From assembly GCA_964016885.1 (NCBI GenBank), contig OZ024741.1, forward strand, positions 297,166,001-297,230,000: a DNA stretch of 64,000 nt, given 5' to 3'. How positions within the stretch are numbered: the stretch's first letter is position 1; every line of letters starts with the position of its first letter. This document shows, one piece after another, positions 60,101-64,000 of this stretch. The notes under the pieces are model-generated. The model was given only the letters and a program-made list of their open reading frames with translations. It did no database searches and was not told the DNA's origin. This stretch comes from Eledone cirrhosa (Eukaryota). The position numbers and the translations under genes were made by a program.

Positions 60101-62811
60101 ATAAATGTGGTTGGCGTTAGGAAGAACATCCAGCCATAGAATCCAAGCCAGAAACTGCTCTGTATGAGCAAGTCATAGTCATCTGATCTGACTTGTCATA
60201 CAACGGGACAACTCGTCTAACCCATGCTAGCATGGAAAAATGGATATTAAACAATGATGATGATAGTTTTTTAGATAAATATACACACTTTAAAACAAAC
60301 AGTTTTGTATCAAAGAACCTAAAGTAGTTTCAGGTGGTTTGATATCAAAAAGGTTAATTACAACAAATGACTTCTTTTACAGACGAAAAATCAAGCTTTG
60401 GTTTTGGGGGTTCCAGTTCAAGAAATATGCCAAAAGTTATTTTAGTCAAATTGGTTTGTGTTAAAGAGTTTGTTCGTCCAAACATTTTTGCTGTACCATG
60501 GACTGTTCTTGCTTTAATCAGAGAACATACACACAGAAATACAGATCTTGTTTTAGTAGTGTAAGCAAACATAGTTTTGTAAAAGAATTATTAAACAATG
60601 AAAAAGATTTATCTTTTCCATTTTTGATTATCCTATAAAATTACAGTGATAAAAATTTCAAATTAAAATTTTTGATTTTAACCTTTTCAATGAAACATGA
60701 TGTTGCATGGTAGTGAAACGTGGGCAGTAACTGCAGAAGACATATGTAGACTGGAAAGAAATGAAGCAGCCATGCTTCGTTTGATGTGCAATGTAAATGT
60801 GAGAGAAAAGCAGAGCTTGGATGAACTAAGGGAGAAGCTAGGTTTAAGAGGAATCCAAGGTGGTGTGCAGGAGAGAAGACTGCATTAGTTTGAATGATGA
60901 TTGAGGGGTGAAGAAGTGCCAAGTAATGCTAGTGGATGGAAGCTGCAGTAGAGGTAGACCGAGAAAGATCTGGGCAGAGGTAATGAGAGCTGACCTATGA
61001 GACTCACAGAGATGACAAAAAAACGAGGCAAGTGGAGAGATGCTGTGCGAAAAAAGCCCCATCCAACCCATGCAGGCATCGAAAAATGGACGTAAAAATG
61101 ATGATGATGATGATACAATTCTAAATTTAAGTTAATCTCGAAAATAATCAAAAATTTGGAAGAAGTAAAATGCCTAATATTTTCATTAATTGATATGTTA
61201 AAATTGTTTACTCAGTCTGTAAAGATACCTATAGAGAAAGACAACCCAAAATAAAAACACTGCCTCAGCAATCCAGACGTCAGCGAGAGATGGATAATAT
61301 TCAGAGGGAAAAAAGGGATCTCAAAAAACAGATGATGGTTGCCTCAACCTTTCAGATCCAAGGGTTAGAAGAACTCTGGTGAGATCTCAAAGCAAGACAC
61401 AGTGCTCCCAGCAAAGCAGAAACAGCTTGAAGGGTTTTCTTTTCTGAAGACCTTCAGCTGTCCAGTTCTCCTGAGAGTTTCTTACCACTTAAACCTCTAT
61501 TTGAACATAATGTATCAAGGTTCTTACATAAAATTAAGGAATAGATTTGAATTTAAATACATTTTTAAGCCAACAATTTTATATTATAGTGCCAAGAGCA
61601 ATTTTAAATGGGTTAGTGTCAAAGAGTTAAGACTGTGTTTTATATATCATCTTCCATATTAACTATTTACATGTGTTAAACAAGCTTAGTCTGTTCAAAG
61701 AACAAAGGCTCATCAGGCAAGAGCTTATCCCAGTTTCATTGGTGTTAAGTCCCCAGCAGCTACTGGTACTCATTTTCAGGTGAGTTAATTGGAGTAACAT
61801 GTCGCCCATTCCAGGGACTGAACCTATAACATTATGGTTATAACCCTAATCACGAGGAATTTGCATACATGGGTCCATAACTTCTAATGAAGTTGTAGGG
61901 GCAGTGTCATGACTATACCATCTTGGACATTGAATTACAGTAGATCTTATATCTCCCCAGGTCAACACAGTAGATTTCTTCCAGAGAAATATACAGAGAC
62001 AGTGGATAAGGTGCTTTCATTGTGGTGCCAGATCGTCATACGGGGTGGATAAAAACCCTTTGTCAACCCTATATGACAATCTGGCACAACAGCAAAAGCA
62101 CCTAGTCCATCCTGTAAAGGAGTCATACTGATAACACAAAGAAAAAAAACACTCAGTCCACCCTGTAAGGTGGTTGTGCTGGTGATACAATAAAAAAGCA
62201 ACCAGTCTACCTGGTAAGGTGGTCGTGCTGGTGACAACAAAAAATGCCCAGTCCACCTTGTAAGGTGGTTACATTGGTGACACGACAAAAAGTGTCCAGT
62301 CCACTCAGTTAGATGGTCGTTTCAGTGCCACAATAAAAAGCACCCAGTCCACCCTGTAATGTGGTTGGTGCTAGGAAGGCCATCCAGCCATAAAACCAAG
62401 CCAAAATACAGATCCGTATGAGCAAAAGAGTCTCCTGACCTGAATTGTCTAATGTAACAACCTATTTAACCCATGCAAACATGAAAAATGGACATCACAT
62501 TCCTGCTCACTGCTATTGGAGCAGAGTCGGCTACCCACATATTTGAGCGCAGCGAGATGGAGTGGCTGTTCCAGCATATCTCCATTGATGTCCTCTGGGA
62601 CAATGTCTTCTCCATCCTGTCAGCCAAGACCACAAAGCCGACTGAACCTTAAGTTTAAAAAACTAATATATTACGTTCTAACATTGAAAGATAAATTATT
62701 ATTTCAAAATGTGTAAAAAGGAAACTTTTCTTACGTCTCATGAGTTCCATAAAAGAAAATAGGGAATTTTCCTTTTGGTGGTTTCACTGCCCCATCAGGT
62801 AAATCATCAAT
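26529..62811 (-). CDS. HDGFL2: HDGF-related protein 2 / LEDGF (PSIP1)-like chromatin reader: N-terminal PWWP, long charged linker, IBD, long S/P/Q-rich tail; 19 exons in the window, first exon beyond 64000
   Basis: PWWP (HATH) segment [57 protein letters not shown] segment [73 protein letters not shown]. The exons sum to 3921 nt, in frame, ending in TAA. HDGFL2 versus PSIP1 orthology cannot be resolved; it is probably a co-ortholog. Confidence 0.9.
27100..27480 (+). mobile_element. old RTE-type LINE 3' fragment
   Basis: RLDTF...[18 protein letters not shown]-like translation. Confidence 0.55.
28015..29648 (+). mobile_element. 5'-truncated CR1 LINE (RT domain, frameshifted)
   Basis: [81 protein letters not shown]; (ATT)n tail. 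Confidence 0.9.
29742..31123 (-). CDS. HDGFL2: HDGFL2/PSIP1-like large low-complexity exon (S/P/Q-rich, 1382 nt)
   Basis: ccatag| and |gtaggt; uninterrupted frame within ORF 29715..31184; phases fit the neighbouring exons. Confidence 0.87.
31157..31372 (-). mobile_element. tRNA-derived SINE, family 1, whose (ATT)n tail abuts the acceptor of the 1382-nt exon
   Basis: Family core and tail; the tail ends a few nt before the AG at 31124-31125. Confidence 0.78.
32128..32339. mobile_element. piggyBac-derived MITE (CCCTTTAGCATTTA termini, TTAA TSD)
   Basis: ttaa-ccctttagcattta...taaatgctaaaagg-ttaa; related copies at 52271-52464 and ~5019-5150; termini match the piggyBac remnant at 52591-53874. 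Confidence 0.75.
32579..32675 (-). CDS. HDGFL2: HDGFL2/PSIP1-like exon ([21 protein letters not shown]...)
   Basis: tccag| and |gtaaat, 97 nt. Confidence 0.85.
33049..33153 (-). CDS. HDGFL2: HDGFL2/PSIP1-like exon, IBD end ([35 protein letters not shown])
   Basis: tttag| and |gtaatt, 105 nt; matches LEDGF 'IRRFK.SQ.IMEKS..LYNKFKNMFLVGEGDS'. Confidence 0.92.
33969..34070 (-). CDS. HDGFL2: HDGFL2/PSIP1-like exon, IBD ([34 protein letters not shown])
   Basis: ttgtag| and |gtaatg, 102 nt; matches LEDGF 'DVNRCIEALDEL..LQVT....KH.EMITTLKK'. Confidence 0.92.
34053..34275. repeat. 29-bp minisatellite, ~7.5 copies, overlapping the IBD exon acceptor
   Basis: Unit AATACATTTATCAACATCCTACAATACAA at 34053, 34082, 34111, 34140, 34169, 34198 and 34227. 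Confidence 0.93.
34420..35928 (+). mobile_element. 5'-truncated decayed RTE LINE (related subfamily)
   Basis: [50 protein letters not shown], (GAT)n tail; stops and frameshifts. Confidence 0.9.
37201..37271 (-). CDS. HDGFL2: HDGFL2/PSIP1-like exon, IBD start ([23 protein letters not shown])
   Basis: tttag| and |gtaagt, 71 nt; matches LEDGF 'EIKNSLKIDN'. Confidence 0.9.
37578..39813 (+). mobile_element. non-autonomous, internally deleted Gypsy-like LTR retrotransposon
   Basis: LTRs at 37578-38071 and 39329-39813, both starting TGTAGTG and highly similar. PBS TGGTGACCTGACGTGA at 38073 (tRNA-Trp-like), PPT AGAGGGGGAG at 39316-39325, 4-bp TSD CACT. The 1.26-kb interior has no long ORF. Confidence 0.88.
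40195..40268 (-). CDS. HDGFL2: HDGFL2/PSIP1-like exon ([24 protein letters not shown])
   Basis: long poly-T tract with tttag| acceptor, |gtgagt donor, 74 nt. Confidence 0.83.
41090..41230 (+). mobile_element. tRNA-derived SINE, second family
   Basis: TGGCTTAGTGGTTAGAGC A-box, GAGTTCAATTC B-box, CCTTGAGCAAGACACTT core. Confidence 0.7.
41255..41427 (+). mobile_element. RTE 3' UTR/tail fragment nearly identical to the intact element
   Basis: GTGGTCGTGGAGGTGCCACGGCAAAAAAGCACCCAGCACTCACTGTAAATGAGG...(GAT)n. Confidence 0.85.
42383..42540 (-). CDS. HDGFL2: HDGFL2/PSIP1-like exon ([15 protein letters not shown]...RLERER)
   Basis: tgtag| and |gttggg, 158 nt. Confidence 0.83.
43240..43329 (-). CDS. 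HDGFL2: HDGFL2/PSIP1-like exon ([10 protein letters not shown]...EMKKE)
   Basis: cttag| and |gtaatt, 90 nt. Confidence 0.8.
43813..44211 (-). CDS. HDGFL2: HDGFL2/PSIP1-like exon ([13 protein letters not shown]...EKNKK)
   Basis: tctag| and |gtagta, 399 nt open frame. Confidence 0.85.
44489..45752 (+). mobile_element. Tc1/mariner DD37D (maT) transposon, defective; copy 2
   Basis: Same TIRs and TA TSDs as 10960-12232, high identity, different inactivating lesions. Confidence 0.93.
46202..46373 (-). CDS. HDGFL2: HDGFL2/PSIP1-like exon ([11 protein letters not shown]...KRKVKE)
   Basis: ttcag| and |gttggt, 172 nt. Confidence 0.83.
46804..46896 (-). CDS. HDGFL2: HDGFL2/PSIP1-like exon ([30 protein letters not shown])
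   Basis: tatag| acceptor, weak |gtctgg donor, 93 nt; WKKRDEER resembles the HRP2 coiled-coil start. Confidence 0.8.
47540..47850 (-). mobile_element. decayed RTE fragment
   Basis: Minus strand matches the [10 protein letters not shown]...MLHG.ETW...RRL region of RTE. Confidence 0.6.
47932..48037 (-). CDS. HDGFL2: HDGFL2/PSIP1-like exon ([19 protein letters not shown]...SSSSD)
   Basis: tatag| and |gtaagt, 106 nt. Confidence 0.85.
48500..48686. repeat. ACTGAGTATATACAGTAT-type minisatellite, continued at ~51680-51860 on the other side of the RTE
   Basis: The same degenerate unit is present on both flanks. Confidence 0.75.
48687..51678 (-). mobile_element. 5'-truncated defective copy of the same RTE family as 13349-16767
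   Basis: Colinear with the intact ORF from [11 protein letters not shown] through the 3' UTR and (GAT)n tail; multiple frameshifts. Confidence 0.93.
51896..52151 (-). CDS. HDGFL2: HDGFL2/PSIP1-like exon ([16 protein letters not shown]...SAPKK)
   Basis: tgtag| and |gtaag, 256 nt. Confidence 0.85.
52591..53874 (+). mobile_element. internally deleted piggyBac transposon (N-terminal transposase fragment), with a nested SINE at 53632-53811
   Basis: TTAA flanks at 52587-52590 and 53875-53878; termini CTCTTTAG / CTAAAGGG. Acidic N-terminus followed by [16 protein letters not shown].......[11 protein letters not shown], typical of piggyBac/PGBD N-terminal regions. Confidence 0.8.
53968..54174 (-). 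CDS. HDGFL2: HDGFL2/PSIP1-like exon (GKPTKRARK...poly-E...SDNSDE)
   Basis: ttaaag| and |gtatgt, 207 nt; within ORF 53914..54297. Confidence 0.83.
54895..54948 (-). CDS. HDGFL2: HDGFL2/PSIP1-like exon ([18 protein letters not shown])
   Basis: aacag| and |gtgagt, 54 nt. Confidence 0.8.
55663..55767 (-). CDS. HDGFL2: HDGFL2/PSIP1-like exon ([10 protein letters not shown]...EKANK)
   Basis: ttacag| and |gtatt, 105 nt, phase-compatible. Confidence 0.85.
56612..57738 (+). mobile_element. decayed Tc1/mariner DNA transposon (different family)
   Basis: Imperfect TIRs CAAGGTGACTCAAAAA.. / ..TTTTTAGTTACCTTG; remnants [25 protein letters not shown] and [15 protein letters not shown]. Confidence 0.75.
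57803..57947 (-). CDS. HDGFL2: HDGFL2/PSIP1-like exon, PWWP C-terminal half (AFLAPKDIF...[19 protein letters not shown])
   Basis: tacag| acceptor, |gtaagt donor, 145 nt. Confidence 0.93.
59363..59525 (-). mobile_element. tRNA-derived SINE, family 1
   Basis: Family core and head. Confidence 0.7.
60697..61112 (+). mobile_element. 5'-truncated RTE LINE fragment
   Basis: [24 protein letters not shown]...ERRLH; (GAT)n tail. Confidence 0.85.
62085..62495 (+). repeat. RTE 3' UTR derivative with ~6 tandem ~47-bp stem-loop units
   Basis: Unit AAAAGCACCCAGTCCACCCTGTAAGGTGGTCGTGCTGGTGACACGAC repeated, then the GGTTGGTGCTAGGAAGG.CATCCAGC...CCCATGC tail. Confidence 0.8.
62735..62811 (-). CDS. HDGFL2: HDGFL2/PSIP1-like exon, PWWP ([26 protein letters not shown])
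   Basis: ttttag| acceptor, |gtaag donor, 77 nt. Confidence 0.93.
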
Positions 62812-62895
62812 CTAAAAATAAATAAAATTACATCTTAATCCAAATAAAAATTTATTCAATACTGCAGAAGTGCGATGTATTCGGATATTAACTTT

Positions 62896-63033
62896 AACTG
62901 GTTTCAGACATTAGACTGTGTCCAAGTTGAAGTACCCCCTTAACTCAATGTCTTGTACAACATGGCAAGTATTTACGTAAACTGGTTTCAGACAGACTGT
63001 GTTCAATCTGGAGCACCACCTTAACTCAATGTC
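62896..63033. repeat. ~55-bp direct duplication (AACTGGTTTCAGACA..GACTGTG...CTTAACTCAATGTC)
   Basis: Two copies at about 62896 and 62980. Confidence 0.75.
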
Positions 63034-64000
63034 CGGTACCACATGAAACTCCATTAAGGTGACATTTTTTTAAAAATATAGAATAGTACTACAACTGCAA
63101 CACATTATAAAGAAAAGTGTTTACTCTAACACTGCAATTTTTTACACTGATCCATTCACTACTAAAAAATATTACAAACATTGGAGCCACGATAAAAAGC
63201 ACTAGGTCTGCACCATAAATGTGGTTGGCATTAGGAAGGGCATCCAACTGTAGAAACCAAGCCAAAAACAATTCTGTATGAGCAAGACATGGTCACCTGA
63301 TCTGACTAATCTCGAGTGAGACAACTCGTCTAACCCATGCTAGCATGGAAAAATGGACATTAAACGGTGAAGATGACGATTTGAATTAACAAACCCATTT
63401 TTTAAAAGATATTTCTACTAAATCATTACAACCAACAACATTGACCCCCAGAACTTATTTTTTCATGTCTAGTCATAGTAGGATTTCCTTTGTTCATAGT
63501 CTACTCAATCAGGGTTTGACCTAGGACTAAACATGAGATTAGACCCAAAACATTGAATTAAAGCAATGATTCCCAAAATGGATGCTAACACTGCTCTTAC
63601 CCTAGAAAGGGGATGCTGGAAGACTCAAAAGAGGCACTTGAAGGCAAGGAGTGGTAAAGGAGGAAGGAGGTAAAACAATTTAGTTGTGGCTTGTAGTCAC
63701 TTTTAGTAATTCAAACTTTTTTGGTAGACACAGGTCAGATCACTGACGATTCATCCGAGCTCATCAGTTTTTATTTTTGTTTTTTGAAACACCTATACTT
63801 CCTATGAAATTTTATCTCATAGGTTTAATGGATGTGCCTGGCTCAAGAATTGAACTCATGAGTCCAACAAGTTAACCACTAGGGTACATGCCTTCACAAC
63901 AAAGGTGTGGGTGTAACAGCTTGCTTGTGAAATTAATGTGCAAGTGACTAAGCATTCCACAAACGCGTGTACTCTCAATGTAAATCTCAGGAAGTTTCAA

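Noticed and set aside
62085-62380. Regularly spaced ~47-bp repeats resembling a CRISPR array
   Set aside because: Eukaryotic context, no unique spacers and no cas genes; the units derive from the RTE 3' UTR.

Overview
AT-rich, microsatellite-dense animal genomic DNA. The SINE/RTE/MITE content suggests a mollusc, possibly an octopus (inference). Two convergent multi-exon genes were assembled by hand from GT-AG sites with consistent phases. (1) The last six exons of MYG1 (+, 752-8916). (2) Nineteen exons of a large PWWP + integrase-binding-domain (IBD) chromatin reader of the HDGFL2/PSIP1 (LEDGF) family (-, 62811 to 26529; about 1306 codons in the window, first exon outside it). Mobile DNA fills the introns and the intergenic space. 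It includes an intact 1038-aa RTE LINE with a PHD-type finger inside its RT, decayed RTE and CR1 copies, two DD37D (maT) transposons, another decayed Tc1/mariner, a piggyBac remnant with many TTAA MITEs, an internally deleted Gypsy-like LTR element, a Penelope-like GIY-YIG relic and tRNA-derived SINEs. The most striking unannotated signal is a cluster of at least six type I hammerhead-ribozyme folds between 6.1 and 20.1 kb. Three keep the full CUGANGA/GAAA/NUH core, and two of those are mirror copies in a ~160-bp inverted repeat. Other oddities: a 29-bp minisatellite built from the splice acceptor of an IBD exon, a tandem stem-loop module in the RTE 3' UTR, and an IBD-binding-like motif in the piggyBac transposase. 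No database searches or folding programs were run.
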